A stretch of 64,000 nt of DNA, taken from NCBI GenBank assembly GCA_964567585.1, contig CAZMND010000002.1, forward strand, positions 7,592 through 71,591, written 5' to 3'. Positions 19,768 through 29,435 of the stretch are shown in pieces (position 1 is the stretch's first letter; every line of letters starts with the position of its first letter). Made by a program: the position numbers and the translations under genes. This DNA comes from an uncultured Lachnospiraceae bacterium (GTDB lineage Bacteria; Bacillota; Clostridia; Lachnospirales; Lachnospiraceae). A model generated the notes under the pieces. It saw only the letters and a program-made list of their open reading frames with translations, made no database searches and was not told the origin of the DNA.

Positions 19768-21936
19768 ATGGGTAAAGGTTTTTTTAAGAAAGAAAAGCTA
19801 GTTAAATTTTTCAATAGAACATCGTTGATTTGGCATATGGTATTGGCTGCTTTTTTATGTTTGTTTATTGAATCCTGTTCAAGACATTCCGTGAAAGCTG
19901 CTTTTACATTTTTGAAAGAAACACCATGGATTTTCTTATATAATTCTCTGATTATTTATGTGACATTTTTTGTTGTATATCTTTTCAGAAAAAGAATTGC
20001 AATGCGTGTTACGCTTTCGGTTTTATGGTGTTTTTTGGGAATTATAAATGGTTGTATTTTGGCAAAAAGAGTAACGCCTTTTAGTTATACGGATTTAAAG
20101 CTGATAGGTGACTTGTTTGCAATGAATAGTACATATTTTACAGCGACAGAATGTGTATTGGTTATTATTTTGGTTGCGATTGTTGTTGCATTAAATGTAT
20201 TGCTTTATATAAAAGCACCAAAATTCAAAGGAAAGATTAATAAGTTGATTTCGCTGACTGTAATCGGTTCGTGTTTTATGTGGCTTCCGATGGTGACTGA
20301 AGCAGCGGTAAACAAAGAAGTTTTATCAACTTATTTTGAAAATATTGCATTGGGATATGAAGAATATGGATTTGTATATGGTTTTTCCACCAGTGTTGTC
20401 GGTACGGGAATGAGCAGACCGGCCAATTACAGTGAAGAAATCATTGTGGAAATTCAGGATTCCATTCAGGTAAATGAAACGGCTGAAACGGAAAAACTAC
20501 CAAATGTTATTGTGGTTTTATTAGAGTCTTTTATTGATCCGACAGAAGTAAATTATTTGGATATTGAAGGGGAAGCGATACCAAATTTCCGTTATTTAGA
20601 AGAAAATTTCACAACCGGTTATATGACGGTTCCGGTTGTCGGTGCAGGTACTGCAAATACAGAATTTGAAGTGCTTACAGGTATGAGTATGCGTTTCTTC
20701 GGTACGGGAGAATATCCATATAAAACAATTTTGAAGGAAACCGATTGTGAAAGTATTGCCGGCAATCTTGGAAAACTGGGCTATTCAACTCATGTAGTAC
20801 ACAATAATACAGCAAAATTTTATAGCCGTAATAATGCTTTTTCCATGATGGGATTTGATTCCTTTGTCAGCAAAGAATTTATGATTGTAGATGAATACAA
20901 CACATTGGGTACATGGGCCGCTGACAATTTGTTACTGGAACAGATTGATAATGTAATGAATAAAAGTGAAAATCAGCAGGATTTGGTGTATTGTATTACC
21001 GTTCAGGGGCACGGTGCATATCCGACAGAACCGGTTTTTGAAGAACCGGAATTTAAGGTTACGGGTGCGCCGACAGATGAACTCAATTATTCATGGGAAT
21101 ACTATGTAAATGAACTTCACTATGTTGATGAGTTTATTGGTAATCTTGTAGCGCAGATGGAAGCAAGAGATGAAGAAACCTTGATTGTGCTTTGGGGTGA
21201 TCATTTGCCGACTATGGGACTTAATGAAACGGATATGGCCTCAGGCAGTACATTCAAAACCAAATATGTTACCTGGAATAACTTCGGTTTACCTAAAAAA
21301 GACGCGGATTTAACTGCGTATCAGTTACTTGCTTATGTGACAGGACAGGCAAATATTCATGAAGGTACAATTTTTAAATATCATCAGGATTATTTGAATG
21401 CAGGCTATGCAATTGATAATGATATTTATTTAAATGGTCTTGAAAACTTACAGTATGACCTTTTATATGGTAAGAGATATTCTTATGCCGGTGAGGATTT
21501 ATACCCTGCCAGCGATTTAGAACTCGGTGTGAATGATATAATAATTGATTCCGTGGCGGTTATCGGAAAAGGTTTATATGTTTATGGTGAAAACTTTACG
21601 GCATGGACGAAAGTATACATTAATGGTGAAAAGTGTGCGACAAAGTTTATTTCGCCGGAATGTCTTGCTATCAGCTTGAATAAATACGATATCAACGATG
21701 GGGATATCATTAATGCGAACGTTGTAGGTACAGGTACCATTTTACGTGCTTCAGAAGATTACATCTTCACGCATTATGTAGAAGATGTGAATAATCCATC
21801 TATGATTGCAAATGAAGCATTGGCTGATTATCTGATTGAAGAAGATATTGTATTACATGAAGTTATATTGGATGATGAAGAAGAGTTAACAGAACCGCAC
21901 GAAGATGAGAGTCTTGATATAGAAATTACAGAATAA
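19768..21936 (+). CDS. LTA-synthase/sulfatase-family membrane protein (LtaS-like) with extra C-terminal beta-sandwich domain and acidic tail
   Basis: The ATG at 19768 has RBS GAAGGAG, so the 19690 start is unlikely. Multi-TM N-terminus. Sulfatase-fold motifs NVIVVLLESF, GAGTANTEFEVLTG and WGDHLP. About 90 aa of IPT/TIG-like sequence, then an Asp/Glu-rich tail. Confidence 0.75.
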   Translation: MGKGFFKKEKLVKFFNRTSLIWHMVLAAFLCLFIESCSRHSVKAAFTFLKETPWIFLYNSLIIYVTFFVVYLFRKRIAMRVTLSVLWCFLGIINGCILAKRVTPFSYTDLKLIGDLFAMNSTYFTATECVLVIILVAIVVALNVLLYIKAPKFKGKINKLISLTVIGSCFMWLPMVTEAAVNKEVLSTYFENIALGYEEYGFVYGFSTSVVGTGMSRPANYSEEIIVEIQDSIQVNETAETEKLPNVIVVLLESFIDPTEVNYLDIEGEAIPNFRYLEENFTTGYMTVPVVGAGTANTEFEVLTGMSMRFFGTGEYPYKTILKETDCESIAGNLGKLGYSTHVVHNNTAKFYSRNNAFSMMGFDSFVSKEFMIVDEYNTLGTWAADNLLLEQIDNVMNKSENQQDLVYCITVQGHGAYPTEPVFEEPEFKVTGAPTDELNYSWEYYVNELHYVDEFIGNLVAQMEARDEETLIVLWGDHLPTMGLNETDMASGSTFKTKYVTWNNFGLPKKDADLTAYQLLAYVTGQANIHEGTIFKYHQDYLNAGYAIDNDIYLNGLENLQYDLLYGKRYSYAGEDLYPASDLELGVNDIIIDSVAVIGKGLYVYGENFTAWTKVYINGEKCATKFISPECLAISLNKYDINDGDIINANVVGTGTILRASEDYIFTHYVEDVNNPSMIANEALADYLIEEDIVLHEVILDDEEELTEPHEDESLDIEITE

Positions 21937-21946
21937 AGAAATGAAA

Positions 21947-21985
21947 AAAGAGAAAGATTACATTGTAATACTTTCTCTTTTTTTG
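21947..21985 (+). terminator. Rho-independent terminator after the LtaS-like gene
   Basis: Perfect 10-bp stem AAAGAGAAAG / CTTTCTCTTT, 14-nt loop, then TTTTT. Confidence 0.8.
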
Positions 21986-22020
21986 TATGATAAATATATC
22001 AAAAGAGTGAGGTAAAAGTG

Positions 22021-22194
22021 ATGTCAATATGTGATACCTGTATCAATTATGAATATGATGAAGATTATGAATGTTATACCTGTATGATGGATTTGGATGA
22101 AGATGAATATGAAAAATTTATTACAAACCGAAACACATCCTGTCCATATTATCAGAATGGGGATGAATATCTGGTAGTACGTAAGCAAATGTAA
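22021..22194 (+). CDS. Small (57 aa) Cys-rich acidic protein, putative zinc-ribbon-like, absent from the ORF track (below its length cutoff)
   Basis: ATG preceded by GAGGT. Translation: MSICDTCINYEYDEDYECYTCMMDLDEDEYEKFITNRNTSCPYYQNGDEYLVVRKQM. CxxC, CxxC and one further Cys. It is co-oriented with all neighbours. Confidence 0.55.
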   Translation: MSICDTCINYEYDEDYECYTCMMDLDEDEYEKFITNRNTSCPYYQNGDEYLVVRKQM

Positions 22195-22226
22195 ATAGGC
22201 GTAGGATTGGAAGTGGGGCAAAGACT

Positions 22227-23531
22227 ATGAGAATGTATGACTTAATTATGAAAAAAAGAAATGGTGGCGTGCTTTCTAAGGAAGAAATTGATTTTATGAT
22301 TTCGGAATATACAGATGGTAAAATACCGGATTATCAGATGTCGGCTATGATGATGGCAATTTATTTTGTTGGGATGAACGATGAAGAAACACTCCATTTG
22401 ACTATGGCAATGGCACATAGTGGTGATATGCTTGATTTGTCAGCAATTCATGGAATTAAAGTAGACAAGCACAGCACAGGTGGTGTGGGAGACAAAACCT
22501 CTCTGGCATTGACTCCGATGGTGGCTGCGTGTGGCTTATCCGTTGCAAAAATGAGCGGCAGAGGTCTTGGTCACACCGGTGGTACAATTGATAAACTGGA
22601 AAGCTTTGAAGGCTTCAGAACAGATATTCCAACGGAGAAATTCATAGAAAATGTTAATACAATCGGTGTTTCCATTATGGGTCAGACTGCCAATCTGGCA
22701 CCGGCGGATAAGAAACTTTATGCTCTGCGCGATGTAACAGCAACGGTTGATAATATGTCTTTAATTGCGTCCTCCATTATGAGTAAAAAGCTTGCGGCAG
22801 GAAGCGATGCCATTGTTTTGGATGTAAAGACCGGAAGCGGTGCATTTATGAAAGAAAAAGAAGATGCAACCTTGCTTGCAAAGGCTATGGTTAATATCGG
22901 AAAAATGGCAGGACGTAAGACTGTTGCAATTATTACGGATATGGATCAGCCCCTTGGTTTCGCAGTAGGAAATGCATTGGAAGTAAAAGAAGCCATAGAT
23001 ACTTTGCAAGGCAGGGGCCCTGAAGATTTTACAAAACTCTGTTATACATTGGGAGCGTATATGCTTATGGCAGGTGAAATTGCACCGGACGTTCAAAGTG
23101 CAAAAGCGATGATAAAAGAAGCCGTAGACAGTGGTAAAGCTTTTGAAAAATTTGTTGAGTTTATTTTGGCTCAGGGTGGAAATGCCGAGCAGGCACACAA
23201 TCCTAAGCTTTTGCCAAAAGCAGCTTTGGAAGAAGAAGTTTTTACCGAAACGGAAGGCTACATTGAAAAAATCGTATGTGATGAAGTGGGCGTTTGTTCA
23301 TTAATTCTTGGCGGTGGACGAGAAAACAAAGAGAGTGAAATTGATTTATCCGTTGGACTGATTTTGCATAAAAAAGTTGGGGATTATGTTTCGAAGGATA
23401 CTCCGATTGCGACGATTTACGGCAATTCTGAAGTGAAAATTAAAGAAGCAAAGGAAAGACTCTTAAAGGCATATACATTTACAGATAAAGAAGTCATAAA
23501 AAGAGAACTGATTCAAGGAATTATTGAATAA
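22227..23531 (+). CDS. pdp: Pyrimidine-nucleoside (thymidine) phosphorylase
   Basis: Full-length match to the family pattern: MRMYDLI-KKR-G..L..EEI.F.I..Y..G.IPDYQMSA..MAI.F.GM, KHSTGGVGDKTSL, SGRGLGHTGGTIDKLES. Confidence 0.9.
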   Translation: MRMYDLIMKKRNGGVLSKEEIDFMISEYTDGKIPDYQMSAMMMAIYFVGMNDEETLHLTMAMAHSGDMLDLSAIHGIKVDKHSTGGVGDKTSLALTPMVAACGLSVAKMSGRGLGHTGGTIDKLESFEGFRTDIPTEKFIENVNTIGVSIMGQTANLAPADKKLYALRDVTATVDNMSLIASSIMSKKLAAGSDAIVLDVKTGSGAFMKEKEDATLLAKAMVNIGKMAGRKTVAIITDMDQPLGFAVGNALEVKEAIDTLQGRGPEDFTKLCYTLGAYMLMAGEIAPDVQSAKAMIKEAVDSGKAFEKFVEFILAQGGNAEQAHNPKLLPKAALEEEVFTETEGYIEKIVCDEVGVCSLILGGGRENKESEIDLSVGLILHKKVGDYVSKDTPIATIYGNSEVKIKEAKERLLKAYTFTDKEVIKRELIQGIIE

Positions 23532-23551
23532 TCTTTTGCATATTTTTTAGT

Positions 23552-23833
23552 ATGAAAAAGAATTCTAATTTTTTAACAGCCAAAGAACATATTTCCGGAA
23601 AAATCGGATTTACACAGGATGTGATGCTTGGAGCAACTATAATCACTCTAGAAGGTGACACAGCGCTTTTTGTGGAAAATTATAAGGGGATTGTTACCTA
23701 CACGGATCAATGTATTGTTATCCAGGGACGCAAGAATAAAATACACATCGAAGGAAAAAACATGCAAATTGAATACTACACGAATATGGATATGAAAATC
23801 AAAGGAATTATTTCGGCAGTAAAATATTGTTAG
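23552..23833 (+). CDS. yqfC: Sporulation protein YqfC
   Basis: 93 aa. Has the YqfC pattern (ITLEGDTALFVENYKGIVTYTD..IVIQG...IHIEGKNMQIEY....MKIKGIISAVKY). Conserved position upstream of yqfD-phoH. Confidence 0.8.
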   Translation: MKKNSNFLTAKEHISGKIGFTQDVMLGATIITLEGDTALFVENYKGIVTYTDQCIVIQGRKNKIHIEGKNMQIEYYTNMDMKIKGIISAVKYC

Positions 23834-23842
23834 GAGTTTAAG

Positions 23843-25060
23843 ATGTTTCGTTTTTTCTTGTTTTTAAGAGGATATTACCTGATAAAAGTACAGGGATTTG
23901 GAACTGAGCGTTTTATTAATTTGTGTAAAGCCAAAAGTATTTATTTATGGGATTTGCAGATGTCACATAATGAATATGGAATGAAAATTTCAGTGGATGA
24001 TTATAGGGAACTTAAAGAAATTGTGAATAAGACAGGGGTAAAGGTAGACATACTTAAAAAGTATGGACTACCTTTTTTATTTCTTGGAAAGAAAAGCAGG
24101 GTTTTTTATATTTGTTTTATATTGGTTGCGCTCCTGATGATATTTATAAGCAATTTATTTGTTTGGAAAATCGAATTTGAAGGGAATTATACGGTTTCGG
24201 ATGAGCAGCTTGAGGACTTTTTGAAAAGTTATGAGGTGGATGAAGGCGTTTTGAAAGCCGGAATTCAATATGCATTTTTGGAAGAAAATCTTCGAAAAGA
24301 ATTTTCGATAATTAAATGGTGTTCTGTGGCACTTTCCGGAAATACGTTATATATACGAATTGAAGAAAATACACTGTTAAAAGACGAAACAGCAGATGCA
24401 ATGAGCGGTATTTACTCGGACATTGTTTCACAGGCAGACGGAGTTGTGACAAGTATTCTCGTAAGAAACGGTCTTGCACAGGTAAAAGTGGGAGATGCGG
24501 TGACAAAAGGCCAGATTCTTGTAACGGGAGCGGTTCCTATTTATGATGATGCATTACAAATAAAAAGTTATCACTATTATGATGCTGATGCGGATGTTTT
24601 CATTGAAACAAGCACAAGTTATGAAGATAAATTGGATAATATGTATTTACAAAAAGAATATACGGGTCGAAAAAAGGAAAGAACGTATATCAAAATAAAA
24701 AATACGGATATACATTTGCCGTTTTCCACAGGTTTTGCTTATTACGACACTTACACCACATCGCAGCAGCTTACATTGTTTAACAGCCTTGTTTTGCCCG
24801 TATATTACGGTACTTACGAGGCCAGGGAATACTATCTGGTAGAAAAGGAATATACAAAAGAAGAGGTGCAAAAAATATTTAATAAAAAATTAAGCAATTA
24901 TTATACAAGTTTAAGTGAAAAAGGGGTACAAATTCTTCAAAAAGATGTTAAAATAGAACATAATGCGAATAATTGGGTTATTAGGGGGAATTTTGTCGTT
25001 TCCATTAATAATTCACAGAAAGAATACAGAGAACAACAGGTGGAGAATATTATTCAATGA
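23843..25060 (+). CDS. yqfD: Sporulation protein YqfD
   Basis: 405 aa. N-terminal RGYYLIKVQGFGTERFINLCKAKSIYLWD, a central TM, and synteny yqfC-yqfD-phoH. Confidence 0.8.
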   Translation: MFRFFLFLRGYYLIKVQGFGTERFINLCKAKSIYLWDLQMSHNEYGMKISVDDYRELKEIVNKTGVKVDILKKYGLPFLFLGKKSRVFYICFILVALLMIFISNLFVWKIEFEGNYTVSDEQLEDFLKSYEVDEGVLKAGIQYAFLEENLRKEFSIIKWCSVALSGNTLYIRIEENTLLKDETADAMSGIYSDIVSQADGVVTSILVRNGLAQVKVGDAVTKGQILVTGAVPIYDDALQIKSYHYYDADADVFIETSTSYEDKLDNMYLQKEYTGRKKERTYIKIKNTDIHLPFSTGFAYYDTYTTSQQLTLFNSLVLPVYYGTYEAREYYLVEKEYTKEEVQKIFNKKLSNYYTSLSEKGVQILQKDVKIEHNANNWVIRGNFVVSINNSQKEYREQQVENIIQ

Positions 25061-26046
25061 ACTTGGAATTGGAATTAGAGGCTTCGGTCATAAGCAATAT
25101 TTTCGGTCCCTTTGATTCTTATGTCAGAACTATCGAAAAAACATTTCATGTAATTATTGTAGACCGTGACGGCAAGATTAAAATTGCCGGAGAAAAGAGA
25201 GAAAATCTTGAGTCGGCTAAAAATGTTCTTTTGGAGTTATACAGATTATATCAGAGAGGAAATGAAATTGACGTTCAGCGCGTTAATTATGTAATCGATA
25301 TGGAGAAAATTAATCAGATAGAGGCTTTGGCGGGGATGGATTCGGAATGTATCTGCCATACCATAAATGGTAAACCTATTAAACCAAAGACATTGGGACA
25401 AAAAGAATATGTAGATGCCATTAAAAACAATATGATTGTGTTTGGTCTTGGACCCGCAGGAACCGGTAAAACATATCTTGCTATGGCTATGGCAATTACT
25501 GCTTTCAAAAACGAAGAGGTAAGCCGTATTATTCTGACAAGACCGGCTATTGAAGCGGGTGAAAAATTGGGATTTTTACCGGGCGATTTACAGAGTAAAG
25601 TAGACCCGTATTTAAGACCGCTTTATGATGCACTTTATCAGATTATGGGCGCGGAAAGTTTTGCAAAAAATATGGAAAAAGGATTGATTGAAGTTGCACC
25701 GCTTGCGTATATGCGAGGAAGAACCTTGGATAATGCCTATATTATTTTGGATGAAGCACAGAATACCACGCCTGCCCAGATGAAAATGTTTTTAACAAGA
25801 ATCGGTTTTGGTTCGAAGGTGGTTATTACGGGGGATGCGACCCAGAAGGATTTATCGCCTGGAACAAAGTCGGGACTGGATATAGCGGTGAAAGTTTTAT
25901 CCAAAATTGAGGACATTGCTTTTTGTAATCTGACAAGTAAAGACGTTGTACGTCATCCGCTTGTACAGAAAATAGTAAAAGCGTATGATAATTACGAGCA
26001 AAGGGAACAAAAGAAAACAAGCAGGAATCAAAAAAATGGAAGATAG
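25057..26046 (+). CDS. phoH: PhoH-family ATPase
   Basis: Walker A GPAGTGKTYLAMA. Also LTRPAIEAGEKLGFLPGDL, ILDEAQN and ITGDATQ.DL. Confidence 0.9.
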   Translation: MNLELELEASVISNIFGPFDSYVRTIEKTFHVIIVDRDGKIKIAGEKRENLESAKNVLLELYRLYQRGNEIDVQRVNYVIDMEKINQIEALAGMDSECICHTINGKPIKPKTLGQKEYVDAIKNNMIVFGLGPAGTGKTYLAMAMAITAFKNEEVSRIILTRPAIEAGEKLGFLPGDLQSKVDPYLRPLYDALYQIMGAESFAKNMEKGLIEVAPLAYMRGRTLDNAYIILDEAQNTTPAQMKMFLTRIGFGSKVVITGDATQKDLSPGTKSGLDIAVKVLSKIEDIAFCNLTSKDVVRHPLVQKIVKAYDNYEQREQKKTSRNQKNGR

Positions 26047-27244
26047 AGAGAAATATTTACAGCTTAGAAGCAGATTTATAAATATAGTACTGTTTTTTGT
26101 AACGCTTGTAGCTGTTACGGGTAGCAGTTTTTTGTATACAAAAGATATGGTTCAGATAATCCGTAATGCGGTTATCAGCTGTATCTGTCTTGGCACGATT
26201 ATTTTTTTACTTGCAGAAGCAAGAATCAAACATTCTTATCAGGAAGATAATGAAGAACATCCGATACGGTTTATGATATGTTTTCTTGCAGGTGTATTTC
26301 TTGCAGTACTTTTGCCGATTTTGCCTATAACAGGTTGGCCGTATGTAGTGGTATTTATTGTATTGACCTTATTCAGCAATGCACTTGTAGGTATTGTTAG
26401 TGCTTCGTATTTGTTGATGGTAAGTGTGTTATTAAGCAGTAGTGCCGATGTCAATACGTTTTGTCTTTATTTTGTAAGCGGTATTATCTGTAGTATTTTA
26501 TTTCAAAAACTGGATGAGGATTTTAAAATCGCATATCCGCTTATGTTGTCCGTGATGATTATTGTTATGTGTGAAGTTGCGAATGCGGTTTTGTTTATAA
26601 ATGAGACCTTGCACTGGGAACTTTTAATTATTCCGGCGGTAAACGTGGTTGTTAGTACTATTTTGATTTTGATTATTTTAAAACTATATGGCCAGTTGAT
26701 TGTATTTAAGTTCCGTGAAAGATTTCTGATTATCAATGATACGGAATGTCCTTTGATGGTTGAATTAAAGGAAAAAGATGCCAATTTATATCTTCATACG
26801 GTACATGTGGCTTATTTGAGTGATAAACTGGCTACCGCGCTTGATTTGGACGGTCAGTGTGTGAAGACGTTGTCATATTATTATAAAATTGGCGTTTTGC
26901 AAGGAGAAGCAAACTTCGAAAATGCTATGACTGCGATTGAGGATTATGAATTCCCTTCTTACACATATGATTATTTGAAGGATGTTATTGAAAACCAAAA
27001 CTGTCCAAACACCAAGGAAGCGTTTGTTGTGTTGATTGCTGAGATGATTATATCTTCAATGGAATATTTACACACGAAAAATGCCAATAAAGAAATACAA
27101 TATGAACAGGTGATTTTAGCACTCCTTAAAAAGAAAATGGACAGTGTTTTCCCAAAGAAGTGCGGAATTACTTATGGTGAAGCGGAAATTGTAAAACATA
27201 TACTTTTGGAGGAAAAATTGTATTATGATTTTTTACATAGATAA
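26036..27244 (+). CDS. PgpH/YqfF-like 7TM protein with degenerate HD domain and no N-terminal extracellular domain
   Basis: It occupies the yqfF position between phoH and ybeY. About 7 TM, then a C-terminal domain that aligns with the HD domain, but YHHS reads YLHT and YYHDIGK reads YYYKIGV (26873-26896). Start chosen at ATG 26036. Confidence 0.6.
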   Translation: MEDREKYLQLRSRFINIVLFFVTLVAVTGSSFLYTKDMVQIIRNAVISCICLGTIIFLLAEARIKHSYQEDNEEHPIRFMICFLAGVFLAVLLPILPITGWPYVVVFIVLTLFSNALVGIVSASYLLMVSVLLSSSADVNTFCLYFVSGIICSILFQKLDEDFKIAYPLMLSVMIIVMCEVANAVLFINETLHWELLIIPAVNVVVSTILILIILKLYGQLIVFKFRERFLIINDTECPLMVELKEKDANLYLHTVHVAYLSDKLATALDLDGQCVKTLSYYYKIGVLQGEANFENAMTAIEDYEFPSYTYDYLKDVIENQNCPNTKEAFVVLIAEMIISSMEYLHTKNANKEIQYEQVILALLKKKMDSVFPKKCGITYGEAEIVKHILLEEKLYYDFLHR

Positions 27245-27731
27245 CGAATGTAATGTGGATTTTTCATTCGATATAAATGAGATTGCAGGGATGGTAATTG
27301 AGAAGGCAATTGAATATGTGAAATGTCCATATGATGCAGAGGTGAATTTGTTAATAACAGACAACGAAGGTATCCGTGAATATAACAGGGATTACAGGGA
27401 GATTGACAAAGAAACCGATGTTTTAAGTTTTCCGAATGTGGATTATGAAGTTCCGGCGGATTTTTCACATGTAGAAGAACATTTTGAAGATTATTTTGAT
27501 CCGGACAGTGGAAGGCTTGTTCTTGGAGATATGATAATTTCTGCCCAAAAGGTTTTAGAGCAGGCAGAAGCTTATGGACATAGCACGAAGCGGGAATTTG
27601 CGTTTTTGATTGCGCATAGTATGCTGCATTTATGTGGTTATGACCATATGGAAGATGCAGAGCGGATAGAAATGGAAAAGCATCAGGAAGCCATTTTAAA
27701 TGCATTAGAGATTAGACGGGATACGGAATAG
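27225..27731 (+). CDS. ybeY: rRNA maturation endoribonuclease YbeY
   Basis: Zinc motif HSMLHLCGYDH and the typical length (168 aa). Synteny after phoH/yqfF. Confidence 0.9.
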   Translation: MIFYIDNECNVDFSFDINEIAGMVIEKAIEYVKCPYDAEVNLLITDNEGIREYNRDYREIDKETDVLSFPNVDYEVPADFSHVEEHFEDYFDPDSGRLVLGDMIISAQKVLEQAEAYGHSTKREFAFLIAHSMLHLCGYDHMEDAERIEMEKHQEAILNALEIRRDTE

Positions 27732-27741
27732 AGGAGCACAA

Positions 27742-29370
27742 ATGAATTCAAAACAACAAATATTATTAAATAAAATTGAATATTTGTTCAAATTCTTTTA
27801 TATATTAGGTATTTTAGCAGTGTTGGCGATGCTGGATGACGTGGGAAAGGATTATATAATTGCATCGTTTATGGTGTTTATGCTCATATATCTTTTTTGT
27901 GGTCTTTCGTTGCCGCAAGCTTTTCAAAATGTGGTAAAACCGCGTTTTCAGAAGCAGCAGTTTAAAAATGCAAAAACGGTTTTTAAAAGCACGGTATTGT
28001 ATTTACTGATTGTTGAAGGCATTGCAATGATTGTGGCATTTGTTTTTGTAGATAAAATGTCTGCGTTTTTACATGTTGTAAAGCCTTTTCCATATGGGAT
28101 AGGGTTGTTTTTGCCGCTTCTTGTGTTGGTTCCGCTCAACGAGGTGTTTCGCACCTATTATCAATGTTATAACAGAAGGCTGACTGTTATTATTTCAAGA
28201 GTATTGGGCTTTGTTACCGCATTGGTTGTAGGAATAGGCGTGTACAATCCTTTAAAAGAATACGGCATTAAAGTGGATGCGTTGTTAAAGAGCAGTTGTA
28301 TGGAAAATCTGTATGCATCTTTAACAATACCGATTGCGCTTCTGGCTTCGCAGATTATGGTGTTATTGTGTATGGGATGGATGTATCTTGTATATAAACC
28401 ATACATCAGAAAACAGACTACCAATGATTTGACCAAGTATAATGAAAACATTTTCGGAATGCTGCCGGTTGTTGCCAGAGCACATATAGCAGTAAATATC
28501 CATAAAATAAGTATATATCTGCTTGTTTTTGCGGCATTTATTTTCTGCTCTTTTTATAATAGAAAAGCGCCGGGACTTGAGAATGCCAATACATCCTTTG
28601 GAATTTTGGCGATTGTGCTATGTGTGACGATACTTGTTCCGTATTTTGTCACCAAGGCTTTCACATTAAAATATATTATACGATACAGGAAAATGTTAAA
28701 AAACGAAGATATACGAGGTGTAAAGGCGTATTTATGGAATCGTACACATAAATACGTTATAATAACTTTCGCGCTTGCCGTTTTCTTTATTGTAATGGCG
28801 GAAAGTGTTATTTATATTTTGACCGGAAATACTTCGCCGCAGTATGTTGTCCATATGCAGATTTTATCGTTTGCATTTGCATTGGTACCTTTATACAGTT
28901 TGTATGGGATGTTCCTTACCAATATCGGAAAATCAAAGAGTGTACTTGCTATTAACTACATTTCGCTTTTTGTATCCGTGATTATAACATTTTTGTTGTA
29001 TAAAACTCCGGCTGTTGGAGGATACAGTATCAGCATCGGTATTATATGTTATTTTATACTTGCTTTTATTGCAGAGTTCTTTGTTTTGGAAAGAGAATCA
29101 GGCTTTAATAAAAATGTTATGAAACTTTTTGTATTACCGACGCTTGGAACCTTTGTAATGGGAATTATTTTATTGCTTTTAGAAAAAGCAATCGGTATAA
29201 CACAGCAAAGAATTTTACAGCTTGTGATTGTAGTCGGTCTTTTGATTTTATGTGTGCTTTTATATATGATTCTTCTTTTGGTATTACATTGTGTGGACGA
29301 AGAGGAACTAAACGGTGGTTTCTGTGGACGCATTATGTATAAACTTGGCGAATTATTGCACATTTTTTAA
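27742..29370 (+). CDS. Polytopic membrane protein, probably a divergent MOP-superfamily flippase (SpoVB/MurJ/Wzx-like)
   Basis: 542 aa with ~12-14 TM. A loop after TM2 (QAFQNVVKPRFQKQQFKNAKTVFKSTVLYLLIVEG) resembles the MOP-family pattern. This is weak, by-eye evidence only. Confidence 0.4.
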   Translation: MNSKQQILLNKIEYLFKFFYILGILAVLAMLDDVGKDYIIASFMVFMLIYLFCGLSLPQAFQNVVKPRFQKQQFKNAKTVFKSTVLYLLIVEGIAMIVAFVFVDKMSAFLHVVKPFPYGIGLFLPLLVLVPLNEVFRTYYQCYNRRLTVIISRVLGFVTALVVGIGVYNPLKEYGIKVDALLKSSCMENLYASLTIPIALLASQIMVLLCMGWMYLVYKPYIRKQTTNDLTKYNENIFGMLPVVARAHIAVNIHKISIYLLVFAAFIFCSFYNRKAPGLENANTSFGILAIVLCVTILVPYFVTKAFTLKYIIRYRKMLKNEDIRGVKAYLWNRTHKYVIITFALAVFFIVMAESVIYILTGNTSPQYVVHMQILSFAFALVPLYSLYGMFLTNIGKSKSVLAINYISLFVSVIITFLLYKTPAVGGYSISIGIICYFILAFIAEFFVLERESGFNKNVMKLFVLPTLGTFVMGIILLLLEKAIGITQQRILQLVIVVGLLILCVLLYMILLLVLHCVDEEELNGGFCGRIMYKLGELLHIF

Positions 29371-29435
29371 AAAATGAAATGAAATGAATATTTTGGTAAA
29401 AAAACGTTGATAATTTTTTTAAGGAGCGTGATGAT

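Noticed and set aside
22024-22221. 65-aa minus-strand ORF from the track
   Set aside because: It is an Ile/Phe-rich low-complexity translation with no RBS. The + strand carries a better small ORF with an RBS and Cys motifs (22021-22194).
22761-23198. 145-aa minus-strand ORF inside pdp
   Set aside because: It is antisense to a full-length, motif-rich pyrimidine-nucleoside phosphorylase gene and has no independent support.
27223-27705. 160-aa minus-strand ORF opposite ybeY
   Set aside because: It is antisense to ybeY, which has the HxxxHxxGxxH zinc motif. Its His/Pro/Leu-rich translation matches no family.
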